Program-made: the position numbers and the translations under genes
Shown here: positions 8,790 through 18,995 of the stretch, in pieces
How positions within the stretch are numbered: position 1 is the stretch's first letter
Layout: every line of letters starts with the position of its first letter
From: Bacteroidota bacterium
GTDB lineage: Bacteria > Bacteroidota > Bacteroidia > Chitinophagales > Chitinophagaceae
DNA: 48,669 bases
Assembly (NCBI GenBank): GCA_043747705.1
Contig: JAYTOS010000059.1
Coordinates: 1 to 48,669, forward strand
Direction: 5' to 3'
Notes under the pieces: model-generated
Told to the model about the DNA's origin: nothing
What the model saw: the letters and a program-made list of their open reading frames with translations, nothing else
Databases searched by the model: none

Positions 8790-9845
8790 ATGCGTAGAAA
8801 TATATTGATTACCGGTGGTGCCGGGTTTATCGGCTCACATGTGGTTAGGTTGTTCGTGAATACATACCCTGAATATACAATTATAAACCTTGATGCACTG
8901 ACCTATGCCGGTAACCTGGAAAACCTTCAGGATATTGACAAAAAATCCAATTACCACTTTGCCAAAGTAAACATACTGGATGCCGAAGCGTTGGCAAATA
9001 CATTCGATCAATACCAGGTAACAGATGTTATTCATCTGGCCGCCGAATCGCATGTGGACCGTTCCATTGTGTCACCGCTGGATTTTGTATATACCAATAT
9101 TATCGGTACGGTACACCTGTTAAATACCGCGCGGAATAAATGGAAAACTGATTATTCAAAACATCGGTTCTATCATATTTCAACGGATGAAGTGTATGGC
9201 AGCCTGGGCGAAACCGGTTTCTTTACTGAAACAACTGCCTATGATCCTAACTCACCATATTCGGCAAGTAAAGCTTCCTCAGATCATTTTGTAAGGGCTT
9301 ACCGCGAAACATATGATATGCAGACTATCGTATCCAACTGCTCTAATAATTACGGGCCCTATCATTTTCCGGAAAAATTGATCCCCCTTTTTATTAATAA
9401 TATCATCAATGAAAAACCTTTGCCGGTATATGGCGACGGCCTGTATACCCGGGACTGGCTGTTTGTAAAAGACCATGCACTGGCCATTGACCTTATATTT
9501 CACAAAGGTGGAAACGGGGAAACCTATAATATCGGCGGGTTTAATGAATGGAGGAATATTGACCTGGTAAAATTATTGTGTACATTAATGGACGATAAAT
9601 TAGGCCGGGAAAAAGGGTATAGTGAAAAATTGATCACTTACGTAAAAGACAGGCCGGGCCACGACAGGCGTTATGCAATTGATGCTGCTAAAATTAATAA
9701 AGAACTGGGTTGGAAGCCAACTGTAACATTTGAAGAAGGATTAAGTGAAACCATTGATTGGTATTTAAATAACACGGAATGGTTACAAAATGTGACCAGC
9801 GGGTCTTATCAAAACTATTACCAATCGATGTATAACAACAGATAA
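8790..9845 (+). CDS. rfbB: dTDP-glucose 4,6-dehydratase
   Basis: TGGAGFIGS, HLAAESHVDRSI, STDEVYG, YSASK, DRPGHDRRYA. Confidence 0.97.
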   Translation: MRRNILITGGAGFIGSHVVRLFVNTYPEYTIINLDALTYAGNLENLQDIDKKSNYHFAKVNILDAEALANTFDQYQVTDVIHLAAESHVDRSIVSPLDFVYTNIIGTVHLLNTARNKWKTDYSKHRFYHISTDEVYGSLGETGFFTETTAYDPNSPYSASKASSDHFVRAYRETYDMQTIVSNCSNNYGPYHFPEKLIPLFINNIINEKPLPVYGDGLYTRDWLFVKDHALAIDLIFHKGGNGETYNIGGFNEWRNIDLVKLLCTLMDDKLGREKGYSEKLITYVKDRPGHDRRYAIDAAKINKELGWKPTVTFEEGLSETIDWYLNNTEWLQNVTSGSYQNYYQSMYNNR

Positions 9846-9847
9846 TT

Positions 9848-10405
9848 ATGGAGGTTGAAAAAACAAATCTTGAAGGATGCTATTTGATTCACGATACTTT
9901 TTTCGGGGATCACCGTGGTTATTTTTTTGAGAGTTTTAATAAAAATACCTTCCTAGAAAAAACAGGAATGAACATAGATTTTGTGCAGGATAACCAATCA
10001 AGCTCACAAAAAGGGGTATTGCGGGGTTTGCATTTTCAACACGGCGAATTCGCACAGGCGAAATTGGTACGTGTATTGGAAGGCCGGGTATTGGATGTAG
10101 TGCTTGATCTTCGAAAGGCTTCTGCTACTTATGGCCAACACCTGGCTGTAGAGTTATCTGGCAACAGTCACACACAACTTTTCGTTCCGCGCGGATTCGC
10201 GCATGGTTTTCTGGTATTGAGCGATAAGGCAGTATTTTTTTATAAATGCGATAACTTTTATAATAAAGCCTCGGAAGGGGGGATAATTTTTAATGACCCC
10301 GACCTGGCAATTAATTGGAAGTTGGAACAGAAAGATCTATTGCTGTCAGAAAAAGATACCATGCTTCCAACCCTGAAAGAAATTGCTAACACTTTAAATT
10401 TTTAA
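9848..10405 (+). CDS. rfbC: dTDP-4-dehydrorhamnose 3,5-epimerase
   Basis: DHRGYFFE, VQDNQS, RGLHFQ, PRGFAHGF. Confidence 0.96.
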   Translation: MEVEKTNLEGCYLIHDTFFGDHRGYFFESFNKNTFLEKTGMNIDFVQDNQSSSQKGVLRGLHFQHGEFAQAKLVRVLEGRVLDVVLDLRKASATYGQHLAVELSGNSHTQLFVPRGFAHGFLVLSDKAVFFYKCDNFYNKASEGGIIFNDPDLAINWKLEQKDLLLSEKDTMLPTLKEIANTLNF

Positions 10406-10408
10406 TGT

Positions 10409-11269
10409 ATGAAAGGCATTATCCTGGCGGGTGGCTCCGGTACAAGGTTGTACCCGATAACAAAAGGTATCAGTAAACAATTGATGCCTGTGTATGATAA
10501 GCCGATGATTTATTATCCGCTTTCGGTGTTAATGCTTGCCGGTATTAATGAAGTGTTGATTATTACCACACCGGAAGATACTTTGCAGTTTCAACGTTTA
10601 TTAGGCGATGGGGCTGAATTGGGCTGTCATTTTTCGTATGCGGTACAGGAAGTGCCTAATGGCCTGGCGCAGGCATTTGTGATAGGCGAAAAATTTATCG
10701 GCACCGATAAAGTAGCATTGATCCTTGGCGATAATATATTTTATGGGGCAGGGTTTAGCAAACTGGTGCAGTCGTTTAATGAGATAGAGGGTGCTGCTGT
10801 ATTTGCATATGAAGTAAACGATCCAGAGCGGTATGGGGTAGTTGAATTTGATAGTAAACTGAATGCCATATCTATTGAAGAAAAGCCAAAGGCACCCAAA
10901 TCAAATTATGCGGTGCCGGGTTTATATTTTTATGATAATAGCGTGGTAGAAATTGCCAAAAATATGAAACCATCCTCCCGCGGCGAATACGAGATTACCG
11001 ATGTTAACCGGGAGTACCTCAGGCAGGGAAAGTTAAAAGTGGGGATCATGAACCGGGGAACAGCCTGGCTGGATACCGGCACATTTGACTCATTCGCAGA
11101 TGCCTGCGAATTTGTTCGCGTAATTGAAAAAAGGCAAAGCCAGAAAATCGGCTGCATAGAAGAAGTAGCTTACCGTATGGGTTATATTGACCAATCAGGG
11201 CTTTTATCCCTGGCTGATAAATATGCCAAAAGCGGCTATGGCGACTATTTGCGGAGGATAAAGCTTTAA
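10409..11269 (+). CDS. rfbA: Glucose-1-phosphate thymidylyltransferase
   Basis: [43 protein letters not shown]. Confidence 0.97.
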   Translation: MKGIILAGGSGTRLYPITKGISKQLMPVYDKPMIYYPLSVLMLAGINEVLIITTPEDTLQFQRLLGDGAELGCHFSYAVQEVPNGLAQAFVIGEKFIGTDKVALILGDNIFYGAGFSKLVQSFNEIEGAAVFAYEVNDPERYGVVEFDSKLNAISIEEKPKAPKSNYAVPGLYFYDNSVVEIAKNMKPSSRGEYEITDVNREYLRQGKLKVGIMNRGTAWLDTGTFDSFADACEFVRVIEKRQSQKIGCIEEVAYRMGYIDQSGLLSLADKYAKSGYGDYLRRIKL

Positions 11270-11364
11270 ACCGGCTTTTTGCTAATGAGCTTATTTCTCG
11301 ATCAACGTTTAGCGGTCTTCCCTGAAAAGTGGCTCCTTGTAAAAAATAAATTTTAGCACAATGG

Positions 11365-11385
11365 GTTAAACAAAAAATGTTTAAC
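11365..11385. promoter_or_regulatory. Perfect inverted repeat GTTAAACA-N5-TGTTTAAC, candidate CarH/LitR operator
   Basis: Seen directly, 15 nt upstream of probable ATG 11401; half-site recurs upstream of the ECF sigma gene. Confidence 0.55.
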
Positions 11386-11400
11386 ACTGTTAACGATTTT

Positions 11401-12282
11401 ATGAACGCCTTCACCATAAAAGACCTAGAAAATTTATCCGGCATTAAAGCGCATACCATCAGGATATGGGAACAGCGGTACTCATTTCTCAACCCGCAGC
11501 GTACCGAAACAAATATCCGTTACTATACCAATAATGAATTACAAACGATTCTGAATATTGCCCTGCTTAATAAATACGGGTACAAGATTTCACATATAGA
11601 CAGGATGTCATCTGAAGAGATGAATGAAAAAATTCTCTCCTTATCACAGGTGGAGGCGCAACAGGAAAGGCTCGTTAATGAACTGATCCGTTGTATGGTT
11701 GACCTGAAAATGGAAGAATTTGAAGAAGTAATGGACGCCCATATCCGGGCTAAGGGCATTGAGAAAACAATCATCCAGATCATTTTTCCTTTCCTGCAGC
11801 GTATTGGTATTTTATGGATGACAAACCACATTAACCCGGCGCAGGAACACCTTGTCAGCAACGCCATCCGGCAGAAATTAATTGTTGGAATTGATAGTAT
11901 AAAAAATCATCTTAAACCTACAGAAACCGCTTTGTTATTCCTTCCTGAAGGTGAACACCATGAACTGGCTCTCCTGTTTGTTCATTATCTGTTAAAAAGC
12001 CGGGGTATAAAAGTGTTGTATCTGGGTACCAATGTGCCGATTAAAGATGTGGAATATATTGCCAAATTAAAAACCCCCGATTTTCTTTACGCCCACCTTA
12101 CTTCCGTGGCCCCAAACTTTAATTTTGAAAAATTCCTCATCAATGCCCATAACCGCATGCCCGACAGGTCTTTCATTGTTTCCGGCCTGCTTACCCAATC
12201 CTACAAAAAAAAGATACCCGCCAATTTCAACTTTAAGAAATCGCTTGCTGAAGTAATGGAGTATGTAACCACATTAGGGTGA
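11401..12282 (+). CDS. MerR-family cobalamin-binding photoreceptor/repressor (CarH/LitR-like); start 11401 preferred over 11377
   Basis: MerR HTH with RIWEQRY, W-x9-EH (WMTNHINPAQEH), GEHHEL B12-ligand motif, YLGTNVP; precedes crt genes. Confidence 0.88.
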   Translation: MNAFTIKDLENLSGIKAHTIRIWEQRYSFLNPQRTETNIRYYTNNELQTILNIALLNKYGYKISHIDRMSSEEMNEKILSLSQVEAQQERLVNELIRCMVDLKMEEFEEVMDAHIRAKGIEKTIIQIIFPFLQRIGILWMTNHINPAQEHLVSNAIRQKLIVGIDSIKNHLKPTETALLFLPEGEHHELALLFVHYLLKSRGIKVLYLGTNVPIKDVEYIAKLKTPDFLYAHLTSVAPNFNFEKFLINAHNRMPDRSFIVSGLLTQSYKKKIPANFNFKKSLAEVMEYVTTLG

Positions 12283-12515
12283 TTTTTTACTAACACTTAT
12301 AGCTGTTACTTTAAAAAAAACATGCGCCACGATTGCAGAGTAAGGTATACCCATTCACTTTGCGTGTATATCAGTTGCCTGTAATGGTATAACCTGCCGC
12401 ATTCTTACCTAAAAAAGTAAGAATAAGTATATCCAAAACCTGCTAAACCTCGTATATAAAGTATTCGAAAGCCGTAAACCCCTGATATTGTTTGTTTTAC
12501 TTTTCGCTATTGAAT

Positions 12516-12580
12516 GTTAAACAAAAATTTGGCAGAAGAGATATATTTTGTTTAGCTTTACGGTATCAATTCTTAAACAA
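12516..12580. promoter_or_regulatory. Cluster of TAAACA half-sites upstream of ECF sigma gene
   Basis: GTTAAACAAAAA 12516-12527, inverted TTTTGTTTAG 12546-12555, TTAAACAA 12573-12580. Confidence 0.45.
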
Positions 12581-12586
12581 TAATAT

Positions 12587-13087
12587 ATGTCCACTTTAGA
12601 ATTTAACCAGCTTTTGTTGAGCAATACAGAGTTTTTAAAGCCTTTTGCAATTACCCTTACCCGCGATAATGAGGCCGCAAAAGACCTGATACAGGAAACC
12701 CTATACCGTGCTTTAGCCAACAAAGAAAAATACAATGTGGGCACGAATATTAAAGCATGGTTATACACGATCATGCGTAATATTTTCATTAATAATTACC
12801 GCAGAAAATCTAAACAAAGTACCATATTCGACAGTACCCCCAACGAATATCTGCTCAACCTTAATCAAACAGGGGTTGCTAATGAAGCTATTGCAGGTAT
12901 TAATCTGAAGGAAGTGCAAAAAGCCCTTTATCACCTGCCAGAAATTTTCAGGAACCCGTTTCTTTTATATTTCGATGGTTTCAAATACCATGAAATAGCT
13001 GATATGTTGAGTGAGCCGTTAGGTACTATCAAAAGCCGTATCCACTTTGCCCGTAAATTGTTAAAGACACAGATCCAACGTTATTGA
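12587..13087 (+). CDS. ECF RNA polymerase sigma factor
   Basis: AKDLIQET, KAWLYTIMRN (region 2), YHEIA..LGTIKSRIHFAR (region 4). Confidence 0.93.
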   Translation: MSTLEFNQLLLSNTEFLKPFAITLTRDNEAAKDLIQETLYRALANKEKYNVGTNIKAWLYTIMRNIFINNYRRKSKQSTIFDSTPNEYLLNLNQTGVANEAIAGINLKEVQKALYHLPEIFRNPFLLYFDGFKYHEIADMLSEPLGTIKSRIHFARKLLKTQIQRY

Positions 13088-13118
13088 ACTATTTCATTTA
13101 ACTTTCTGACATAAATTA

Positions 13119-14609
13119 TTGAGCAAGAAAATTATTATTATCGGGAGCGGTTTCGCGGGCCTTTCGGCTGCATCATTCATGGCAAAAGCCGGTTGGGAAG
13201 TAACTGTTTTGGAAAAGCACAAAACCCCTGGTGGACGTGCAAGGCAAATGAAAGCAAATGGTTTTACATTCGATATGGGTCCGAGTTGGTACTGGATGCC
13301 GGATGTGTTTGAAAGGTTCTTTCAACAATTCGGGAAGTCTGTTTCAAATTATTACCAACTGGAAAGACTTGACCCCTCTTACCGGGTATACTGGAAAGAT
13401 GGGCCAATGGATATCCCGGCAGATTTTACCGCTTTAAAAAAGTTGTTTAATTCAATAGAGCCAGGCAGTGGTCGTGAATTAGAACGGTTTTTAGAAGAAG
13501 CGGCCTTTAAATATAAAGCAGGTATAGAAAAATTGGTTTTTAAACCAGGCCGGTCACTGACCGAATTCGCAGATTGGGACCTAATAAAAGGAATTTTTCG
13601 CCTTGATGTTTTTAGTTCAATGCGTTCGCACGTGGTAAAATATTTTTCAAACCCAAAACTGGTTGAACTGATTGAGTTCCCGGTTTTATTTCTTGGTGCG
13701 CTACCTGAACACACACCGGCTTTATATAGCTTGATGAATTACGCCGATATAAAAGGCGGCACCTGGTATCCGAAAGGCGGCATGTATAGCATTGTAAAAG
13801 GGATGTATGACCTGGCAATTGAACTGGGTGTTCATTTTCATTTTGAACAGGATGTACAGGAGATTGTGATTGATAATGCTGTTGCAAAAAAAGTCGTATC
13901 CCGTTCAGTAACGAATGAAGAAATGGTTTATGAAGCAGATGTGGTAATTGGCGGTGCAGATTATCACCATATTGAAACAGCTTTATTGCCGAAAAAATAT
14001 CGAAGCTATTCACCATCTTATTGGGATAAAAGGGTAATGGCCCCCGGTTGTTTATTGTACTATGTTGGATTGAATAAAAAAATACCTGGCATTTTACACC
14101 ATTCTTTATTTTTTGATACCTCTTTTGCTGTACACGGAAAAGAAATTTATACCAGTAAAAAATGGCCCACAGATCCGCTTTTTTATGTAAGTGCCACTTC
14201 AGTAACTGATGATTCCGTGGCACCGGAAGGCTGTGAGAACTTATTTTTATTGATACCGGTAGCTGCAGGACTGGAAAATGATACGGAAGAACTCAGGGAT
14301 AGGTATTTTGAAATGATCATTACACGCATGGAAAAATACCTGGGTGTGGGGATCAAAGAATTTATTATTTACAAGAAATCCTTTGCACAGGCCGATTTCG
14401 TACATGAATACAATGCTTTTAAAGGAAATGCTTACGGTTTGGCGAACACTTTACGGCAAACAGCTGTTTTAAAACCGGCCTGCAGGAGTAAAAAAGTAAA
14501 AAACCTTTTTTACACCGGCCAGCTAACCGTTCCCGGTCCGGGTGTGCCGCCGAGTTTAATAAGTGGAGAAGTAGTGGCGGGGGAAGTATTGAAAGGATAT
14601 GGGTTGTGA
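13119..14609 (+). CDS. crtI: Phytoene desaturase
   Basis: GSGFAG FAD motif, GFTFDMGPSWY, WYPKGG, PGPGVPP; TTG start. Confidence 0.92.
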   Translation: MSKKIIIIGSGFAGLSAASFMAKAGWEVTVLEKHKTPGGRARQMKANGFTFDMGPSWYWMPDVFERFFQQFGKSVSNYYQLERLDPSYRVYWKDGPMDIPADFTALKKLFNSIEPGSGRELERFLEEAAFKYKAGIEKLVFKPGRSLTEFADWDLIKGIFRLDVFSSMRSHVVKYFSNPKLVELIEFPVLFLGALPEHTPALYSLMNYADIKGGTWYPKGGMYSIVKGMYDLAIELGVHFHFEQDVQEIVIDNAVAKKVVSRSVTNEEMVYEADVVIGGADYHHIETALLPKKYRSYSPSYWDKRVMAPGCLLYYVGLNKKIPGILHHSLFFDTSFAVHGKEIYTSKKWPTDPLFYVSATSVTDDSVAPEGCENLFLLIPVAAGLENDTEELRDRYFEMIITRMEKYLGVGIKEFIIYKKSFAQADFVHEYNAFKGNAYGLANTLRQTAVLKPACRSKKVKNLFYTGQLTVPGPGVPPSLISGEVVAGEVLKGYGL

Positions 14610-14686
14610 ATAGTGAGTAGGGAGTTGTGAGTAGGGAGTTGTGAGTTTATGCCTGATTACTCACTATTCACGACTCACCATTCACA
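14605..14686. repeat. Heptamer tandem-repeat hairpin element ((GTGAGTA)n-like arm ... (CTCACTA)n-like arm)
   Basis: Degenerate 7-nt units on both arms, inverted; includes crtI stop codon. Confidence 0.75.
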
Positions 14687-14762
14687 AAATAAGTCACAAG
14701 TTTGCGACGCAACATCAGTTGAATAAAGAACCAATGCTAATAACACTAAATTATATACTACC

Positions 14763-15599
14763 ATGATGAACCTGTTTCATGAAGTGAGCCAGGAATGCAG
14801 CAGAATTACGACTGAGAAATACAGCACCAGTTTTTCATCGGCCATTAAACTTTTGCATAAAGATCTGAGGAATCCGATCTTTAATATTTACGGGTTTGTT
14901 CGTTTTGCGGATGAGATCGTAGATACATTCCATGAATATGATAAGTCGGCTTTGCTGGACGAATTCAAACAGTCAAGCTATGATGCAATTGAAAAAGGTA
15001 TCAGCCTTAACCCTATTTTACATAGTTTCCAACTCACCGTTCATGAATTTGGTATTGACAGATCGCTGATTGATGCCTTCTTATACAGTATGCAGCTGGA
15101 TCTTGATAAACGTAAATATGACAGGGCCGGGTATGAAGAATATATTTACGGCAGCGCAGAAGTAGTAGGACTAATGTGCCTTTTTGTATTTTGTGAAGGA
15201 AACGGATCTTTATACGAATCGCTGAAACCTTATGCCCGTAGTTTAGGTGCCGCTTTTCAAAAAGTAAACTTTCTGCGCGACCTGAAAGCCGATTATGAAG
15301 GATTGGAGCGTGTTTATTTTCCCGGTTGTGATTTCAGAAACTTTACAGCGGCCGATAAAGAATCTATAGAGGCGGATATACAAAAAGATTTTGATCATGC
15401 ATACGAAGGCGTGTTGAAATTGCCTGTAAAAGCAAGATTTGGGGTATATGTGGCATACAAATATTATCTCTCACTTTTCAGGAAAATAAAAAGAATACCG
15501 CCGCAGAATATCCTCGACGACCGTATACGGATACCTGACTATGGAAAATTTTTTATTCTTGCCAAAGCAGGTGTGAGGAGCCAGTTAAATTTGCTGTAA
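14763..15599 (+). CDS. crtB: Phytoene synthase
   Basis: YSTSFS, VRFADEIVD, SAEVVGLMC, NFLRDLKAD. Confidence 0.93.
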   Translation: MMNLFHEVSQECSRITTEKYSTSFSSAIKLLHKDLRNPIFNIYGFVRFADEIVDTFHEYDKSALLDEFKQSSYDAIEKGISLNPILHSFQLTVHEFGIDRSLIDAFLYSMQLDLDKRKYDRAGYEEYIYGSAEVVGLMCLFVFCEGNGSLYESLKPYARSLGAAFQKVNFLRDLKADYEGLERVYFPGCDFRNFTAADKESIEADIQKDFDHAYEGVLKLPVKARFGVYVAYKYYLSLFRKIKRIPPQNILDDRIRIPDYGKFFILAKAGVRSQLNLL

Positions 15600-15624
15600 T
15601 GGCATATCTTATTATTTTTATTAC

Positions 15625-16146
15625 ATGGAACAAGTAATACTGGTAGATGAAAAAGATGTGGCAACCGGAACCATCGGCAAAATGGAAGCCCATGAAAAAG
15701 CTGTTTTACACAGAGCTTTCAGTGTGTTTATATTTAATTCGAAAGATGAGATGCTTTTGCAGCAACGGGCGCGAACTAAATACCACAGTGCCGGTTTGTG
15801 GACGAATAGCTGTTGCAGTCACCCCCGTCCGGGCGAGGATACGAATGCAGCCGCATTGAGAAGATTGCAGGAAGAAATGGGTTTTACAACACCGGTTAAA
15901 AAAGTTTTTGATTTTGTGTATAAAGCCGGGTTTGCCAATGGCCTTACAGAACATGAATTTGATCATGTATTTGTAGGTAAATATGATGGTAAAATAGAAC
16001 CCGACCCTAAAGAAGTGGGGGAATATGCTTACTGGCCCATGGGGGCTATTGAAGAACGAATAAAATTACATCCCGAATCATTTACTGTTTGGTTTCACAT
16101 CGCTTTTCCCAAAGTGATGGACTGGTGGAAAAATAAGGCAGGTTAA
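15625..16146 (+). CDS. idi: Isopentenyl-diphosphate delta-isomerase type 1
   Basis: HRAFS, CCSHP, RRLQEEMG, EHEFDHV. Confidence 0.95.
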   Translation: MEQVILVDEKDVATGTIGKMEAHEKAVLHRAFSVFIFNSKDEMLLQQRARTKYHSAGLWTNSCCSHPRPGEDTNAAALRRLQEEMGFTTPVKKVFDFVYKAGFANGLTEHEFDHVFVGKYDGKIEPDPKEVGEYAYWPMGAIEERIKLHPESFTVWFHIAFPKVMDWWKNKAG

Positions 16147-16230
16147 AAATAGTGGCAGCAAACGGATACCATTCATTAGCACACTTTTATATTCCGCTTT
16201 ATTAAAATTTCACTTACCTTCTGCGCATAT

Positions 16231-17721
16231 ATGCAGGACTCCCAAAAAGCAATTATTATCGGTGCCGGTGTGGCAGGACTGGCAGCATCCATTCGTTTGG
16301 TTGTGCAGGGTATGGAAGTAACGGTATTTGAAAAAAACAGCTATCCGGGAGGTAAACTAAGTGATTTTGAAAAGGACGGCTATCATTTTGATGCGGGCCC
16401 CAGCCTGTTTACCCAGCCACAAAACATCGAAGAACTTTTTGCCCTGGCCGGCGAACCGATGGCAGATTATTTTCAATACCAAACCTTACCGGTTTCCTGT
16501 AATTATTTTTATGAAGATGGTACGGTGATTAATGCATATAGCGATATTGATCTATTTGAGAAAGAACTGGTACTCAAAAACGGTGAATCGGCGGGCAGCC
16601 TTTTCGCATATTTGAAGAGATCAAAAAAAATCTATACCCATATCGGTAACATCTTCCTCAATTATTCACTACACAAAAAAAGCACTTTATGGAAGGCACG
16701 GATATTTCAGGCCCTTTCTGCTACCCGGTGGCCGTACCTGTTTCGTTCGATGCACCAGGTAAATAAAGCGCAATTTAAAAACCCTAAAACGGTTCAGTTA
16801 TTTAACCGTTATGCAACCTACAATGGAAGTAATCCTTATAAAGCCCCGGGTATGTTGAGCTTGATTCCGCACCTGGAACATAATGAGGGCGTTTTTTATC
16901 CCAAAGGCGGTATGATCAGTATTACCCATGCTTTGTACCGGCTTGCGATTAGGAAAGGGGTACAGTTTCAGTTTAATTCACCTGTTGAAAGAATTATCAG
17001 AAAAGAGAAAAAGGTAATGGGAGTAGTGGTGAATGGCGAAAATTTTTTTGCAAAAATAATCGTAAGCAATATGGATATTTTTTTTACTTACAAAAAACTT
17101 CTGAACGACCCGCAAAAAGCAAATAAAATATTGAAACAGGAACGAAGCAGCAGTGCCCTGGTATTTTATTGGGGAATAAAAAAAGAGTTTGCTGAACTGG
17201 GCCTGCACAATATTTTTTTCGCGAAAGATTATGATGCGGAATTTGACCATCTTTTCAGGTTGAAAAAAATGTATCATGATCCTACTATCTATATTAATAT
17301 TACCAGCAAATGTGAAACAGGTTTGCAGGCACCGGAGGGAAAAGAGAATTGGTTTGTAATGGTAAATGCACCTGCAAATACCGGACAGGATTGGGAAGCT
17401 TACCGGGAAAAATATCGTTCTGCCATCATTCAAAAACTGAACCGGCTGTTACAAACCGATATAGAATCTTTGATAGAATTGGAAGAGGTTATGGATCCCG
17501 TAATAATAGAATCAAAAACAACTTCATATATGGGATCCTTATACGGAACCAGTTCCAATTCGAAAATGGCCGCTTTTTTGCGACATGCCAATTTTACCGG
17601 AGCACTGAAAGGTCTGTATTTTGTAGGTGGGAGTGTACACCCCGGTGGTGGCATACCTTTATGTTTAAAAAGCGCAAAGATCATGAGTGAAATAGTGATG
17701 GACGATAACAGAAAAAAATAA
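16231..17721 (+). CDS. crtD: 1-hydroxycarotenoid 3,4-desaturase (CrtD-type)
   Basis: Second CrtI-family gene; GAGVAG, FDAGPSLFT, RYATYNGS, HPGGGIP; adjacent to cruF. Confidence 0.8.
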   Translation: MQDSQKAIIIGAGVAGLAASIRLVVQGMEVTVFEKNSYPGGKLSDFEKDGYHFDAGPSLFTQPQNIEELFALAGEPMADYFQYQTLPVSCNYFYEDGTVINAYSDIDLFEKELVLKNGESAGSLFAYLKRSKKIYTHIGNIFLNYSLHKKSTLWKARIFQALSATRWPYLFRSMHQVNKAQFKNPKTVQLFNRYATYNGSNPYKAPGMLSLIPHLEHNEGVFYPKGGMISITHALYRLAIRKGVQFQFNSPVERIIRKEKKVMGVVVNGENFFAKIIVSNMDIFFTYKKLLNDPQKANKILKQERSSSALVFYWGIKKEFAELGLHNIFFAKDYDAEFDHLFRLKKMYHDPTIYINITSKCETGLQAPEGKENWFVMVNAPANTGQDWEAYREKYRSAIIQKLNRLLQTDIESLIELEEVMDPVIIESKTTSYMGSLYGTSSNSKMAAFLRHANFTGALKGLYFVGGSVHPGGGIPLCLKSAKIMSEIVMDDNRKK

Positions 17722-17825
17722 AAGACCCCGATAATTTTATCACCAGGAAGATTAATAGCGCAGGCAATAAAATCCGGGATAATCTGCGGCCGTAAAAAAT
17801 AAATAACCACCCCACATATGTATTA

Positions 17826-18509
17826 ATGAAATTCTCCAAAAAAAATATCGCTACTTCTCTCGCCTTCCTCTTTCATGTATGTGGATTGATAGGTATTTTA
17901 TTTACACCTTATAAAGATTGGTTCATACAAAATACCCCGTTTAACCTCTGCCTGATGGCAGCTTTATTGATATGGAACCAGCCACAAAAAAATGCAGGGT
18001 TTGCTTTGTTCGTTGGCCTTGCTTTTATAACAGGTATGGCCACAGAAATGATTGGTGTTAACACCGGCAAACTTTTTGGCGAATACAAATATGGAACTGT
18101 TTTAGGCGCCAAATTTAACGGCGTTCCCTGGCTGATAGGGATAAACTGGTTCATCATTATATTTTGCAGCGGCTCTGTTATGGTTCAAATGCAGCAATGG
18201 TTTTCAAAGAAATTTGAAAAAGAGAGTTCTACATTATCCCCTCTTATTGCCGGTATATCATTGGTGATTGATGGAGCCCTGCTGGCTACATTTTTCGATT
18301 GGGTAATGGAACCCGTAGCCATGAAACTGGGTTTCTGGCAATGGCAAAGCAGTAACATACCCTTTTATAATTACCTGTGCTGGCTTATAATTAGTGGCTT
18401 GTTATTGGTTGTGTACCGGTGGTGTTCCTTTACCAAGCCCAACTATTTCGCTGTACATTTGTTAATTATTCAGTTATTATTTTTCCTGGCACTTCGAACG
18501 TATTTGTAA
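17826..18509 (+). CDS. cruF: Carotenoid 1,2-hydratase (CruF/DUF422 family)
   Basis: Multi-TM, E.IGV.TG..FG.Y.YG, GVP..IG.NW, D.VMEP, P.YNY..W. Confidence 0.78.
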   Translation: MKFSKKNIATSLAFLFHVCGLIGILFTPYKDWFIQNTPFNLCLMAALLIWNQPQKNAGFALFVGLAFITGMATEMIGVNTGKLFGEYKYGTVLGAKFNGVPWLIGINWFIIIFCSGSVMVQMQQWFSKKFEKESSTLSPLIAGISLVIDGALLATFFDWVMEPVAMKLGFWQWQSSNIPFYNYLCWLIISGLLLVVYRWCSFTKPNYFAVHLLIIQLLFFLALRTYL

Positions 18510-18510
18510 T

Positions 18511-18978
18511 ATGATCTATTTCTTTATCACCCTGGCTACATTTTGTATCATGGAGGGCATTACCTGGCTAACCCATCGGTTTGTAATGCACGGTTTTTTG
18601 TGGTACCTGCACGAAGACCATCATCAGAAAGGCTCCGGGTTTTTTGAAAAGAACGATGCTTTCTTTTTCATTTTCGCAATACCCAGCTGGTTATGTATTA
18701 TGCTGGGTAGTATGAACCTGGCATATTGGGTGGTAAGCATTGGTGTGGGTATTACTTTGTATGGCGTTGCGTATTTTGTGGTGCATGAGATTATCATACA
18801 CCAGCGCTTTAAATTATTTACCCGCAGTAATAACCGCTATATAAAAGCCATCCGTTGGGGCCATAAGATGCACCATAAGCATTTGGATAAACAGGAGGGA
18901 GAGAGTTTTGGTATGCTGATCGTAGCAAAAAAATACTGGGATAAAGTAAAACGTGACGAGCAGATACAGGAGAAATAA
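18511..18978 (+). CDS. crtZ: Beta-carotene 3-hydroxylase
   Basis: His boxes HRFVMHG, HEDHH, FEKND, HQR, HKMHH. Confidence 0.92.
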   Translation: MIYFFITLATFCIMEGITWLTHRFVMHGFLWYLHEDHHQKGSGFFEKNDAFFFIFAIPSWLCIMLGSMNLAYWVVSIGVGITLYGVAYFVVHEIIIHQRFKLFTRSNNRYIKAIRWGHKMHHKHLDKQEGESFGMLIVAKKYWDKVKRDEQIQEK

Positions 18979-18995
18979 ATAACTACCATAAACAG

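Noticed and set aside
12283-12500. Long intergenic region with several GTATA and AAACC motifs as possible ECF promoter or structured RNA
   Set aside because: Spacing and pairing not convincing by eye
13612-14223. 203-aa ORF antisense to crtI, and the many similar short antisense ORFs in the track
   Set aside because: Fully nested opposite well-supported genes with no protein-like motifs
14605-14686. Tandem repeats as a possible CRISPR array (also 27683-27779)
   Set aside because: Units are 7 nt with no unique spacers and no cas genes in the window
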